A DNA stretch of 64,000 nucleotides from a bacterium (GCA_035292085.1 DATDQT010000083.1:12288-76287); one strand, 5' to 3'; shown: positions 53,057-62,187, counted from the first letter of the stretch. Translations and numbers: made by a program. Notes: generated by a model from the sequence alone, not told the origin.

Positions 53057-53630
53057 TTCGCCGCGCCGCTCCGCTGCCCGGAGTGGGCCGGCCGGGCCCG
53101 GATCCGGCGATCGCGTCAGGAGCGGGTTCCGGCCGACGTCGGGGGTGGTGCGCGACGCGCTGTTCAACATCCTGGGGGGACGTCTCGACCTGGCCGGCGC
53201 GCGGGTGCTCGATCTCTTTGCCGGATCCGGCGCGTTGGGCCTGGAAGCGCTGCGGCGCGGCGCCTCGTTCGCCGTGTTCGTGGAGCGCGATCATGCGTTG
53301 GCCGGCGCCATCCGCGCCCGCGGCCAGCGCGCCCAGTGGACCGACCGGATCGAGGTCTGGCGGAGAGATGCCGTCCCCGCCGTCCACGAACTCGCCCGGA
53401 GGAGCCGCACGTTTGACCTCATCGTGCTGGACCCGCCGTACGGGGGGCAGTGGATCCCGAAGGTCCTGCGCGCGATCGTGGCCGACGGCATCCTGGCTCC
53501 CGGAGGCATCGTCGTGGCCGAGGGCCACTGGCGCGACCGGCCGGACGCCGCCGGCCTCGTCCTGGTCCGGGAGGCACGGTACGGCGAAACGGTGCTGTGG
53601 TTTTTCGCGCAGGAAAAGGAGGGAGGCTAA
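53034..53630 (+). CDS. rsmD: 16S rRNA (guanine966-N2)-methyltransferase RsmD
   Basis: Contains RPTSGVVRDALFNILG...VLDLFAGSGALGLEALRRGA...LDPPY. No canonical start occurs in frame after the recG stop, so the start is set at GTG 53034, overlapping recG by 23 nt. The start is uncertain. Confidence 0.65.
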   Translation: MKRRRSADSPRRSAARSGPAGPGSGDRVRSGFRPTSGVVRDALFNILGGRLDLAGARVLDLFAGSGALGLEALRRGASFAVFVERDHALAGAIRARGQRAQWTDRIEVWRRDAVPAVHELARRSRTFDLIVLDPPYGGQWIPKVLRAIVADGILAPGGIVVAEGHWRDRPDAAGLVLVREARYGETVLWFFAQEKEGG

Positions 53631-53633
53631 CCC

Positions 53634-54116
53634 ATGACGACCGCCGTGTACCCCGGCAGTTTCGACCCCGTCCACCTCGGCCACCTCGATGTCATTGAAC
53701 GCGCGGCGCGCGTGTTCGAGACGGTCATCATTGCCGTCGCCCGCAATGCCGAAAAGTCGGCCTTGTTCACGGTCGAAGAGCGCATGGAGATGCTCCGCGC
53801 GGCGACCGGACACCTGCGCGGCGTGACCGTGGATAGCTACGAGGGCCTCACGGTCGAGTACGCGACCGCTCGGGGCGCGCGGGTCCTTGTGAAGGGCCTG
53901 CGGGCGATCGGAGATTTCGAGTATGAACTCAAGCAGGCGGTCATGAACCAGCGCCTGCGGCCGGACCTGGACACGGTGTTCTTCATGACCGCCCCCGCGT
54001 ATTTCTTCCTGTCCTCGAGCCTGATCCGCGAGGTGGCTCGCCTGGGCGGGGAGGTCGCCGGCCTGGTGCCGGCCGGGCTGGAATCCCGCATTCGCGCCAA
54101 GGTCAGGCGGCGGTGA
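53634..54116 (+). CDS. coaD: Phosphopantetheine adenylyltransferase
   Basis: 160 aa. The N-terminus AVYPGSFDPVHLGHLDVIERA contains the HxGH-type motif. Confidence 0.9.
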   Translation: MTTAVYPGSFDPVHLGHLDVIERAARVFETVIIAVARNAEKSALFTVEERMEMLRAATGHLRGVTVDSYEGLTVEYATARGARVLVKGLRAIGDFEYELKQAVMNQRLRPDLDTVFFMTAPAYFFLSSSLIREVARLGGEVAGLVPAGLESRIRAKVRRR

Positions 54117-54117
54117 C

Positions 54118-54588
54118 ATGCGGCCGCTTCCGCCGCGGGCGTCGGTGATGGAACTGCTCGACCGTCTCGAGGAACTCGTCGCGCGCAGCGCCGCGGTCCC
54201 GCTGACCGAGAAGAAGATGGTCGACGCCGCCGCCGTGATCGGTCTCATCGAGATGATCCGCACGGCACTCCCGCTGGATCTGCACGATGCGCACCGCCTG
54301 CGCGAGGAGATGGAGGCGCGGCACCGGGACGCTCAAGACGAGGCGCGGCGCATCGTGGAAGAGGCCCAGGCCACCGTGCGGACGATGGTGGAGCACAGTG
54401 AGGTGATGCGTGAAATCCGGCGCCGCGCGGAAGACCTGCTCCAGCAGGCGCGGTCGGACGCCGGGGCGACGCGCGACGGCGCCGATGCGTATGCCCGGCA
54501 GGTCCTCGACGAACTGGAGGCGCACCTCGTCCGGATCCTCGACGCCGTGCGCAGAGGACGCGACGTGTTGCAACGCGGTGATACGTAG
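54118..54588 (+). CDS. Hypothetical coiled-coil protein (ATP-synthase-b/ATPase-like low-complexity helix)
   Basis: 156 aa, rich in Glu/Arg/Ala heptad-like segments (EEMEARHRDAQDEARRIVEEAQ...). The start could also be ATG 54148. No family assigned. Confidence 0.45.
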   Translation: MRPLPPRASVMELLDRLEELVARSAAVPLTEKKMVDAAAVIGLIEMIRTALPLDLHDAHRLREEMEARHRDAQDEARRIVEEAQATVRTMVEHSEVMREIRRRAEDLLQQARSDAGATRDGADAYARQVLDELEAHLVRILDAVRRGRDVLQRGDT

Positions 54589-54597
54589 GCCTATAAT
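54568..54597 (+). promoter_or_regulatory. Putative promoter of the yceD-rpmF-fab operon (TTGCAA-18 nt-TATAAT)
   Basis: TTGCAA at 54568-54573 and a perfect TATAAT at 54592-54597, about 30 nt upstream of the yceD-like start. Confidence 0.45.
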
Positions 54598-54626
54598 GAG
54601 AGGATTTCGTCCGCGGTGGTGCTGGA

Positions 54627-55079
54627 GTGCGAATCGATGCCGACGCGCTCGAACCGGGTCAGGTCGTGCGCGCGAGCTTCGACGAGCGCGTGGTCAGCGG
54701 CAGCAACGAGCTCATGCTGGATGCCCCCGTGACGGGGCGGCTGGAAATCACCCGCACGCCGCTCTCGCTCCACCTCCGGGGAACCGTCGGCACCATCGCC
54801 ACGGTGGTCTGCAGTCGCTGCCTGATGGAGATCGGGCGCCCGCTGACGGCCGCGTTCGAGGAGGAGCTCGAGCTCGACACGCTCGACGTGACCGAGGTTG
54901 TCCGGCAGCACTTGCTGCTGGCCGCGCCGATGGCGCCGCTGTGCCGGCCGGACTGTCAAGGCATCTGTCCGGAATGCGGGGCCAACCGGAACGAGGCGGA
55001 CTGCGGGCACGCATCGAGGCCCTCCGATCCGCGCTGGGCGCCGCTGGCGCAACTCAAGATCGACGATCGTCAGCCGTGA
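54627..55079 (+). CDS. yceD: YceD-family (DUF177) protein, large-subunit rRNA accumulation factor
   Basis: 150 aa with the C-terminal Cys motif CRPDCQGICPECGANRNEADCGH. It lies directly upstream of rpmF, the conserved context. Confidence 0.8.
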   Translation: MRIDADALEPGQVVRASFDERVVSGSNELMLDAPVTGRLEITRTPLSLHLRGTVGTIATVVCSRCLMEIGRPLTAAFEEELELDTLDVTEVVRQHLLLAAPMAPLCRPDCQGICPECGANRNEADCGHASRPSDPRWAPLAQLKIDDRQP

Positions 55080-55092
55080 AGGGGGTTGAAGG

Positions 55093-55290
55093 ATGGGGAT
55101 CCAGAAGCACCGGCGGTCGCGGAAGGCGGGATTGACGCGGCGGGCCCATTGGCGCGCGCAGGTACCCACGCTCGTGGAATGTCCGCAGTGCCACCAGCGC
55201 ATGCGCACGCACTACGTCTGCCCAAACTGCGGCTACTACGCCGGCCGCCAGGTCGTCGAGGTCGAGGAGGCCGAGACGAAGCGACGGTGA
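55093..55290 (+). CDS. rpmF: 50S ribosomal protein L32
   Basis: 65 aa with the zinc ribbon CPQC...CPNCGYY. The N-terminus is basic (QKHRRSRKAGLTRRAHW). Confidence 0.85.
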   Translation: MGIQKHRRSRKAGLTRRAHWRAQVPTLVECPQCHQRMRTHYVCPNCGYYAGRQVVEVEEAETKRR

Positions 55291-55318
55291 GCGGGCCGAT
55301 CGGCGAAGGGGGCCGGAC

Positions 55319-56326
55319 GTGAGAGGGTCGACGATCGCCGGGATCGGGCGGTATGTCCCTGATCGGGTGCTGACCAACGCCGAGCTCGAGCGGATGGTGG
55401 ACACCACCGACGAATGGATCATGACCCGCACCGGCATCCGCGAGCGCCGCATCGCGGCGCCCGAGCAAGCCAGTTCCGATCTGGCCTACGAGGCATCCCT
55501 CGAAGCCCTCGCCCAGGCGGGGGTGCAGCCGTCTGATCTCGACTTGATCATCGTCGGCACGGCGACCCCGGACATGCTGTTTCCGGCCACCGCCTGCGTC
55601 CTGCAGGATCGTCTCGGGGCGCGCCGCGCCGGCGCATTCGACCTATCGGCCGCGTGCAGCAGTTGGGGGTATGCCGTCGCCATGGCCCACGGGTACATTG
55701 CCGCCGGAAGCGCCCGCCACGTGCTGGTCGTCGGCGCGGAAACGCTCTCCAAGATTACGAACTGGAAGGACCGGAATACCTGCGTGCTGTTCGGCGACTC
55801 CGCGGGGGCGGTCGTGATGTCGCCCGCGGAACCGGGGCAGGGCTTTCTGTCGTTCTACCTCGGTGCCGACGGACGCGGAGGGTCGCTGATCATCCTTCCG
55901 GCCGGCGGGTCGCGGATTCCGGCCAGTTTCGAGTCCGTGGAGCGAGAGCAGCACTACCTGAAAATGAACGGGCGCGAGGTCTATAAATTCGCGGTCCGGT
56001 GCATCCCCAAGGCGATCGAAGAGGCGGCCGCCCGCGCGGGGGTGGCCTTGGAAGACGTAGACTACTTCATCCCGCATCAGGCGAACATCCGGATCATCGA
56101 TGCCGCGGCCGAGCGGTTGGGCCAGCCCCGTGAGAAATTCTTCGTCAATGTGCAGCGCTACGGAAACACCTCATCCGCGTCGGTACCGGTCGCGCTCTAC
56201 GAAGCGGTCATGGCCGGCCGGATCAAACCCGGCGACCTGATCATTATGGTGGCGTTCGGGGGCGGTCTCACCTGGGCGTCGTGCGCGATGCGCTGGACGC
56301 TGCCGGTTCCGGCCACCGTCTCGTGA
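55319..56326 (+). CDS. fabH: Beta-ketoacyl-ACP synthase III
   Basis: 335 aa. Begins IAGIGRYVPDRVLTNAELERMVDTTDEWIMTRTGIRERR. Active-site Cys context SAACSSWGYA, with HQANIRI and NTSSASVP. Confidence 0.9.
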   Translation: MRGSTIAGIGRYVPDRVLTNAELERMVDTTDEWIMTRTGIRERRIAAPEQASSDLAYEASLEALAQAGVQPSDLDLIIVGTATPDMLFPATACVLQDRLGARRAGAFDLSAACSSWGYAVAMAHGYIAAGSARHVLVVGAETLSKITNWKDRNTCVLFGDSAGAVVMSPAEPGQGFLSFYLGADGRGGSLIILPAGGSRIPASFESVEREQHYLKMNGREVYKFAVRCIPKAIEEAAARAGVALEDVDYFIPHQANIRIIDAAAERLGQPREKFFVNVQRYGNTSSASVPVALYEAVMAGRIKPGDLIIMVAFGGGLTWASCAMRWTLPVPATVS

Positions 56327-57249
56327 TCGCGTGGGTCTTTCCCGGGCAGGGCGCGCAGGTCGTGGGCATGGGCAAAGACATGGCCCGGGCCTTTCCGGCC
56401 GCGCGCGCGGTGTTCGCGCGCGCCGATGAGGCGCTGGGCTTCGAGTTGACCCGCGTGTGCTGGGACGGGCCTGACGACACCCTCCGGCAAACCGAAATCA
56501 CCCAGCCGGCCCTGCTGGCCGCCAGCGTGGCCTGCATGACGGTGCTGCAGGAGGCCGGCCACCATCCGGATCTCGCGGCGGGGTTGAGTCTGGGGGAGTA
56601 CACCGCGCTGGTGTGCGCCGGCGCGCTCGCGTTTGACGACGCCGTGCGGGTGGTGCGCGCCCGCGGCCGGTTCATGCAGGAGGCCGCGGCAGGACGCCGG
56701 ACCGCGATGGCGGCGATTCTGGGACTGGACGCCGAGGCGGTCCGCCGGGTGTGCGCCGAGGCCTCCGCCGCCGGGGTCGTCGAGCCGTCGAATTTCAACA
56801 GCCCCGGCCAGGTCGTGATCGCCGGCGACGAAGCCGCCGTGCAGGACGCCATCGTGCGGGCCAAAGCGGCGGGCGCCCGGCGGGCCGTGCTGCTGCCCGT
56901 CAGCGCGCCGTTCCATACCAACCTCATGGCCCCCGCCGCGGAGCGCCTCGCCGGGGCGCTGGCCGCAGTCCCGATTGCGGCGCCCGGCGTCCCGGTGGTC
57001 AGCAACGTGACCGCGCAACCCGTTGCCGGGCCCGACGACATCCGCCGGCTGCTCGTGACGCAGGTCGCCAGTCCCGTGCGCTGGGATGATTCGGTCCGGA
57101 CCATGGTGGAGGCCGGGGCGGAGGCGTTCATTGAGATCGGCCCGGGCACGTCGCTGTCCGGCATGGTCCGGAAGACAGTCGAGGGCGTAAGGACACTGCA
57201 CGTCGAGGATCCGAAATCGCTGGACGAGACGCTGCGTGCGCTCCAGTGA
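56323..57249 (+). CDS. fabD: Malonyl-CoA:ACP transacylase
   Basis: GTG 56323 (GTGA overlap with the fabH stop). Contains FPGQGAQVVGMG and the GLSLGEYTAL active-site Ser; 308 aa. Confidence 0.9.
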   Translation: MIAWVFPGQGAQVVGMGKDMARAFPAARAVFARADEALGFELTRVCWDGPDDTLRQTEITQPALLAASVACMTVLQEAGHHPDLAAGLSLGEYTALVCAGALAFDDAVRVVRARGRFMQEAAAGRRTAMAAILGLDAEAVRRVCAEASAAGVVEPSNFNSPGQVVIAGDEAAVQDAIVRAKAAGARRAVLLPVSAPFHTNLMAPAAERLAGALAAVPIAAPGVPVVSNVTAQPVAGPDDIRRLLVTQVASPVRWDDSVRTMVEAGAEAFIEIGPGTSLSGMVRKTVEGVRTLHVEDPKSLDETLRALQ

Positions 57250-58007
57250 GCGGGCCACGTGGGACCCTCGACGGTAAGGTCGCGGTCGTGACCGGGGCAT
57301 CCGGCGGGCTCGGCCGGGCGATCGCGCTCGCGCTGGCGAAAGACGGCGCCGCCGTCGCAGTCCATTACGGGACCAACCGCGACGCGGCCGAGCAGGTCGT
57401 TAGTGACATTACCACCCGGGGGGGCCGTGCGATCAGCGTGCAGGGCGACCTCACGGCGTCGGAGCCGGCGCAGCGGATCATGGCCGCGGCAAAAGACGCA
57501 CTCGGCGGCGTGCACATCCTGGTGAATAACGCCGGCATCACGAAGGATACGCTGCTGCTGCGGATGCGCGATGAGGACTGGGAGGCCGTGCTCGCCGCCA
57601 ATCTCAGCGCCACGTTCTACTGCACGAAGGCGGCCCTGCGGGAGATGCTGCGCCAGCGCGGGGGGCGAATCGTGAATATGACGTCGGTCGCCGCGCAGCT
57701 CGGCCCGGCCGGCCAGGCGAACTACGCCGCCTCGAAGGCCGGGATCATCGGATTCACGAAGGCGGTGGCGCGGGAAGTCGGATCGCGCGGCATCACCGTC
57801 AACGCCGTGGCGCCGGGGTTCATCGCGGTCGGGATGACGGACCGGTTGCCGCCGGAGGTGGTCAACACGTACGTAGAGCAGGTTCCCCTAGGACGCGCGG
57901 GGAAACCTGAGGAAGTAGCCGCCGTGGTAGCCTTTCTCGCATCCGACGATGCCGCCTACATTACCGGGCAGGTCATCCATGTGAACGGCGGCCTGGTGAT
58001 GCACTAA
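57246..58007 (+). CDS. fabG: 3-oxoacyl-ACP reductase
   Basis: 253 aa SDR. Contains [17 protein letters not shown] and YAASKAG (YxxxK). Confidence 0.9.
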   Translation: MSGPRGTLDGKVAVVTGASGGLGRAIALALAKDGAAVAVHYGTNRDAAEQVVSDITTRGGRAISVQGDLTASEPAQRIMAAAKDALGGVHILVNNAGITKDTLLLRMRDEDWEAVLAANLSATFYCTKAALREMLRQRGGRIVNMTSVAAQLGPAGQANYAASKAGIIGFTKAVAREVGSRGITVNAVAPGFIAVGMTDRLPPEVVNTYVEQVPLGRAGKPEEVAAVVAFLASDDAAYITGQVIHVNGGLVMH

Positions 58008-58032
58008 CACCAATGCGGGGGTGGGATTGAAC

Positions 58033-58293
58033 ATGGCAGCAGCATTCGAGCGGGTGAAGGGCATCGTCGTCGACCAGCTCAACGTGGCCCCGGATGAGGT
58101 GACCGTGGAGGCTTCCTTCATCGAGGACTTGGGGGCCGATTCCCTCGACGTGGTGGAGCTGGTCATGGCCCTGGAGGAAGAGTTTGGGATCAGCATCGCC
58201 GACGAGGATGCCGAGAAGATTGTGACCGTCGGCGACGCGGTGAAGTACATCGAATCGCATGCCGGAGACACGTCTGGCGCGGGCACGTCGTAG
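58033..58293 (+). CDS. acpP: Acyl carrier protein
   Basis: ATG 58033. Contains the [21 protein letters not shown] phosphopantetheine-Ser motif; 86 aa. Confidence 0.9.
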   Translation: MAAAFERVKGIVVDQLNVAPDEVTVEASFIEDLGADSLDVVELVMALEEEFGISIADEDAEKIVTVGDAVKYIESHAGDTSGAGTS

Positions 58294-58314
58294 CACGCGG
58301 GAGGACGGTCCCTC

Positions 58315-59559
58315 ATGACGCGCCGCGTGGTGGTCACCGGCCTGGGCGTCGTCAGCCCGATCGGGACGGGCGCGGAGGCGCTGTGGCAGGGTCTGATGAC
58401 CGGCCGCAGCGGCGTCCGGCGCGTCACCAGCTTCGATGCATCGCCCCTGGAGACACAGATCGCGGCCGAGGTCACCGACTTTGACCCGGTCTCGTTCATG
58501 GACCGGAAGGAAGCGCGCCGCAACGACCGCTTCGTCCAGTTCGCCCACGCGGCGTGCCGCATGGCGCTGGACGACGCCGCCTTCGCGATCACGCCCGAGA
58601 ACGCCGGCCAGGTCGGCGTGTTGATCGGGTCCGGCATCGGGGGGGCGACCACCTGGGAAGCGCAGCACCGCATCCTCATCGAGCGCGGCCCGCAGCGCGT
58701 CAGCCCGTTCTTCATCCCGATGATCATCATCAACATGGCCTCCGGCGTGTGCTCCATCCTGCTGGGCGCCAAGGGGCCCAACAGCGCGGTCGTCACCGCG
58801 TGCGCGACGGGAGGGAATGCGATCGGGGAGGCCATGCGGATCATCCAGCGCGGCGAGGCGGTCGCGATGCTGGCCGGCGGGTCGGAGGCGGCGATCACGA
58901 TGCTCAGCATGGCCGGGTTCTGCTCGATGCGGGCGATGTCGACCCGGAACGACGAACCGGAAAAGGCCAGCCGGCCGTTCGACGCCGAACGCGACGGGTT
59001 CATCATGGGGGAGGGCGCCGGGATCGTACTCGTCGAGGACCTGGAACATGCGCTGCGCCGGGAAGCCCACATCTACTGCGAGTTGATCGGCTACGGGATG
59101 AGCGGCGACGCTTACCATATCACCCAGCCCGATCCCGACGCCGACGGCGCGTCGCGGAGCATCCGCAACGCGCTGCACGATGCGAAGATCGATCCGTCGG
59201 AGGTCGACTACATCAACGCCCACGGGACCAGCACGCCCTACAATGACCGGACGGAAACGCTCGCCATCAAGCGGGTCTTCGGCCCGCACGCGAGGGCGGT
59301 GGCGGTCAGTTCGACCAAGTCGATGACCGGACACCTGCTCGGCGCGGCCGGGGGGGTCGAACTCATCGTCTGCGCCCTGGCCATCGAACACCAGGTGCTG
59401 CCTCCCACGATCAATTACACCCATCCCGATCCAGAGTGCGACCTGGACTACGTGCCCAACGAGGCCCGGCCGGCGAAGGTCCGGACGGCGATGTCGAACG
59501 CGTTTGGGTTTGGAGGGCACAACGCGATCCTGATCGTCCGCAAGTATGATGCCGCCTGA
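58315..59559 (+). CDS. fabF: Beta-ketoacyl-ACP synthase II
   Basis: 414 aa. Begins RRVVVTGLGVVSPIG. Active-site context VTACATGGNAIGEA, with HGTSTPYND and GHLLGAAG. Confidence 0.9.
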   Translation: MTRRVVVTGLGVVSPIGTGAEALWQGLMTGRSGVRRVTSFDASPLETQIAAEVTDFDPVSFMDRKEARRNDRFVQFAHAACRMALDDAAFAITPENAGQVGVLIGSGIGGATTWEAQHRILIERGPQRVSPFFIPMIIINMASGVCSILLGAKGPNSAVVTACATGGNAIGEAMRIIQRGEAVAMLAGGSEAAITMLSMAGFCSMRAMSTRNDEPEKASRPFDAERDGFIMGEGAGIVLVEDLEHALRREAHIYCELIGYGMSGDAYHITQPDPDADGASRSIRNALHDAKIDPSEVDYINAHGTSTPYNDRTETLAIKRVFGPHARAVAVSSTKSMTGHLLGAAGGVELIVCALAIEHQVLPPTINYTHPDPECDLDYVPNEARPAKVRTAMSNAFGFGGHNAILIVRKYDAA

Positions 59560-60304
59560 CATCGACCAGGCCGCCGATCTTCAACTCGACGAACCCCGGG
59601 TCGCCCAGCTGCAGGAGCTGGAGGCCAAGCTCGACGTCCGGTTCCGCGACCGGACACTGCTCAACCTCGCCCTCCAGCACGGTTCCTACGGCCACGAGGG
59701 CCGCGGCGGCCGGCGGGAGAGTTACGAGCGGCTGGAACTGCTGGGCGACGCGGTACTGAACCTCGTCGTGTGCGACTACCTCTACTACCGGTTCAGTGAT
59801 GCGCCGGAAGGAGAACTGGCGAAACTGCGGGCCCGGATCGTCAGTGAGCCGTGGCTGGCGCGGATCGCGCGGAGCCTGGACCTGGGCCGGTACATCCTGA
59901 TGGGCAAAGGAGAAGAGAAGTCCGGCGGCCGCCTGCGGGCGTCCATGCTGGCGGACGTGGTCGAGGCCGTGCTGGGCGCCGTGTACGTCGACTCGGGCTT
60001 CGGTGTGGCGCACGCGGTGACCTCGCGGCTGCTGCAGGACGTCTACGAGGACCTGGAAGCGCCGTCGGAGGATTACAAGAGCGAACTCCAGGAGTTGCTG
60101 CAGGAACGCGAACGACGGCTGCCGCGGTACCGTATTACCGACCAGGAAGGCCCCGACCACGCGAAACTGTTCGTCGCGACGGTCGAGGCCGGCGGGCGGA
60201 TCCTCGGCGAGGGGAAGGGACAGAACAAGAAGCAGGCGGAGCAGGCCGCGGCCCAATCGGCGCTGGAGTTCCTGCGGCGCAAGAAGGCCCGCGCCCGCCG
60301 ATGA
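59546..60304 (+). CDS. rnc: Ribonuclease III
   Basis: 252 aa. RNase III signature ERLELLGDAVL, MLADVVEAVLGAVY, and a C-terminal dsRBD (GPDHAKLFVATVEAGGRILGEGKGQNKKQAEQAAAQSAL). Confidence 0.9.
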   Translation: MMPPDIDQAADLQLDEPRVAQLQELEAKLDVRFRDRTLLNLALQHGSYGHEGRGGRRESYERLELLGDAVLNLVVCDYLYYRFSDAPEGELAKLRARIVSEPWLARIARSLDLGRYILMGKGEEKSGGRLRASMLADVVEAVLGAVYVDSGFGVAHAVTSRLLQDVYEDLEAPSEDYKSELQELLQERERRLPRYRITDQEGPDHAKLFVATVEAGGRILGEGKGQNKKQAEQAAAQSALEFLRRKKARARR

Positions 60305-60436
60305 GTGCCGGACCAACCCGGCTGTCTCATGCCGCGGCCAGCACAGTTGCCTGCCGGGTTGGTACGGCATGAGTCCCGTCCCAACCCGGCTGCCCTCTGT
60401 GCGCGACCGGATGCCTGACTGCCGGGTTGGAACAGG
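60301..60436 (+). repeat. Two tandem 68-nt direct repeats, each with an internal inverted repeat (CCAACCCGGCTG / CTGCCGGGTTGG)
   Basis: Unit 1 is 60301-60368 and unit 2 is 60369-60436. Both start with ATGAGT and share ...CCAACCCGGCTG...TGCCTG..GCCGGGTTGG.AC.... The arms of unit 1 can form a ~20-bp stem with two mismatches. Confidence 0.8.
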
Positions 60437-60931
60437 ATGAGGCAGCTCTGGGCCCCCTGGCGTCTCGCCTACATTCAGCAGGACCATCCTGAAGGCTGCA
60501 TCTTCTGCGCGGCGGCGGCTGGCGGGGACGACCGGGCAAATCTCGTAGTCTACCGCCGCCGTCACGCGTTCGTCATGCTGAACCTGTATCCGTACAACTC
60601 AGGACATGTCATGGTCGTCCCGTCCCGGCACGTGGCCCGGCCGGCCGACCTCGACGACGCCGAGCTCCTCGAGGTGATGCAGACCACGACGCTAAGCCTG
60701 CGGACCCTGGAACACGTCTTTCATCCCGAAGGAGCCAATGTCGGAATGAACCTGGGACGCGCCGCCGGCGCCGGGATCGACGAACACCTGCACGTCCATG
60801 TCGTGCCGCGCTGGGTGGGTGACACGAACTTCATGCCGGTGCTCGGGGATGTGAAAGTGATTCCGGAACACTTGGACGCGACGTACGACCGGCTCCTTGG
60901 GGCATTTCGAGACCTGGCGGCCGCCGGATGA
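60437..60931 (+). CDS. HIT-family (histidine triad) nucleotide hydrolase/transferase
   Basis: 164 aa. Contains LYPYNSGHVMVVP and the histidine triad DEHLHVHVVPR. Confidence 0.8.
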   Translation: MRQLWAPWRLAYIQQDHPEGCIFCAAAAGGDDRANLVVYRRRHAFVMLNLYPYNSGHVMVVPSRHVARPADLDDAELLEVMQTTTLSLRTLEHVFHPEGANVGMNLGRAAGAGIDEHLHVHVVPRWVGDTNFMPVLGDVKVIPEHLDATYDRLLGAFRDLAAAG

Positions 60932-62187
60932 ACGGGTTTCGCCTCACCGTGCGTCTGTTGGTCTCTCTCGCCGTGCTGGCCCTGGCGGCCACCACCCTGG
61001 CAGCTCCGGCCGCTGCGCCGGCCCTGCCGGCGGCCTCGCCGCAGCTGGCGATCGAGCATACCGCCGTCCTCAGCCAGCAGATCGGTCCCCGGCCGGCCGG
61101 ATCGCCCAACGACGCCCGGGGCGCCGACTACCTGGCTGACCAGTTTCGCCGGCTGGGGTACGCGGTCGAGCGGCAGCGGTTTTCATTCCGGTACTTCGAG
61201 GAGGTCCGGGCGCCGTCGCTGACGGTCACGGCACCGGCGGCAGGGTCGATCCGCGCCGTGACGTTGGAGTTCTCGGCCTCGACGCCCGACGCGGGCGCGG
61301 AAGCCGAGATCGTCTCTGTCGGGCTGGCCCGGCCGCAGGACCTGACCGGAAAGAATCTCGACGGCAAGATTGCGCTGGCGGAGCGTGGACAGATCCAGTT
61401 CCGCGAGAAGGCCGCCAACGTCGCCGCGGCCGGCGGCGCGGCCGTCATTGTCTACAATACGCAGGGCGGTCCGATCGCCGCGACGCTGGTCGAGCCGTCG
61501 CGCATCCCCGCCGTCATCATCGGCCAGGACGACGGCCAGCGCCTGCTGGATTTGTCGAGGGCGGGTCCGGTCCGCGTGCGGTTGGTCGTGAGCGCGATCA
61601 TCGAGCAGCGGATGACCGAGAACGTCATCGGGATCAAGCGCGGGACGGCGGCCTCCAACGAGGTCGTCGTCGTCGGCGGGCACCGCGACTCCGTGCGCGT
61701 CAGCCCGGGCGCCAACGACAACGCGTCGGGGACGGCTGCGGTCCTTGAAGCGGCCCGCCTGCTGGCGGCCGTCCCGACGGCGCGGACCATCCACTTCATC
61801 GGATTCGGGGCCGAGGAAGTGGGACTGGTGGGTTCTGCATTCTACGTCAGGAACGCGACCGGTACCATCGTCGGGATGGTGAACATGGACATGGTGGGCC
61901 GCGGCCCCTCGATCATGGCCGGCAACGCCAGCGGCAACCCGCTCATGCTGGACATCGCCGATGCGGCGGCCCGGCGGCTCGGGATGACCCTGCGCCGCTT
62001 CCGGTTCGGCTCGAGCGATCACGTGTCATTCGAGCAGGCCGGCGTGCCGGCCGTGTTCCTCCACACCGGGGACGACGATGCCATCCACACCCCCAGCGAC
62101 ACGCTCGAGCGCGTCAGCGGCCAGCTCATCGCCACCGCAGCCGGCCTCGCCGCGGGCATCGCACTCGACGTGGCCTCCCGTCGATAA
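60928..62187 (+). CDS. M28-family aminopeptidase with signal peptide and PA domain
   Basis: 419 aa. Signal-like N-terminus LLVSLAVLALAATTLAAPAAA. Metal-ligand contexts VVVVGGHRDSV, GANDNASGTAAVLE, FIGFGAEEVGLVGS and SSDHVSF. Confidence 0.8.
   Translation: MNGFRLTVRLLVSLAVLALAATTLAAPAAAPALPAASPQLAIEHTAVLSQQIGPRPAGSPNDARGADYLADQFRRLGYAVERQRFSFRYFEEVRAPSLTVTAPAAGSIRAVTLEFSASTPDAGAEAEIVSVGLARPQDLTGKNLDGKIALAERGQIQFREKAANVAAAGGAAVIVYNTQGGPIAATLVEPSRIPAVIIGQDDGQRLLDLSRAGPVRVRLVVSAIIEQRMTENVIGIKRGTAASNEVVVVGGHRDSVRVSPGANDNASGTAAVLEAARLLAAVPTARTIHFIGFGAEEVGLVGSAFYVRNATGTIVGMVNMDMVGRGPSIMAGNASGNPLMLDIADAAARRLGMTLRRFRFGSSDHVSFEQAGVPAVFLHTGDDDAIHTPSDTLERVSGQLIATAAGLAAGIALDVASRR

Noticed and set aside
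53025-54263. 412-aa minus-strand ORF opposite rsmD and coaD
   Set aside because: It is a shadow ORF, antisense to two well-supported genes, with an Arg/Gly/Ala-rich translation.
57973-59562. 529-aa minus-strand ORF (and the 57888..59072 ORF) opposite acpP and fabF
   Set aside because: Both are antisense to highly conserved fatty-acid synthesis genes and have low-complexity composition.
60301-60436. Tandem repeats considered as a mini-CRISPR array
   Set aside because: There are only two units, they are directly abutting with no spacers, they are imperfectly conserved, no cas genes are present, and each unit is itself a hairpin.
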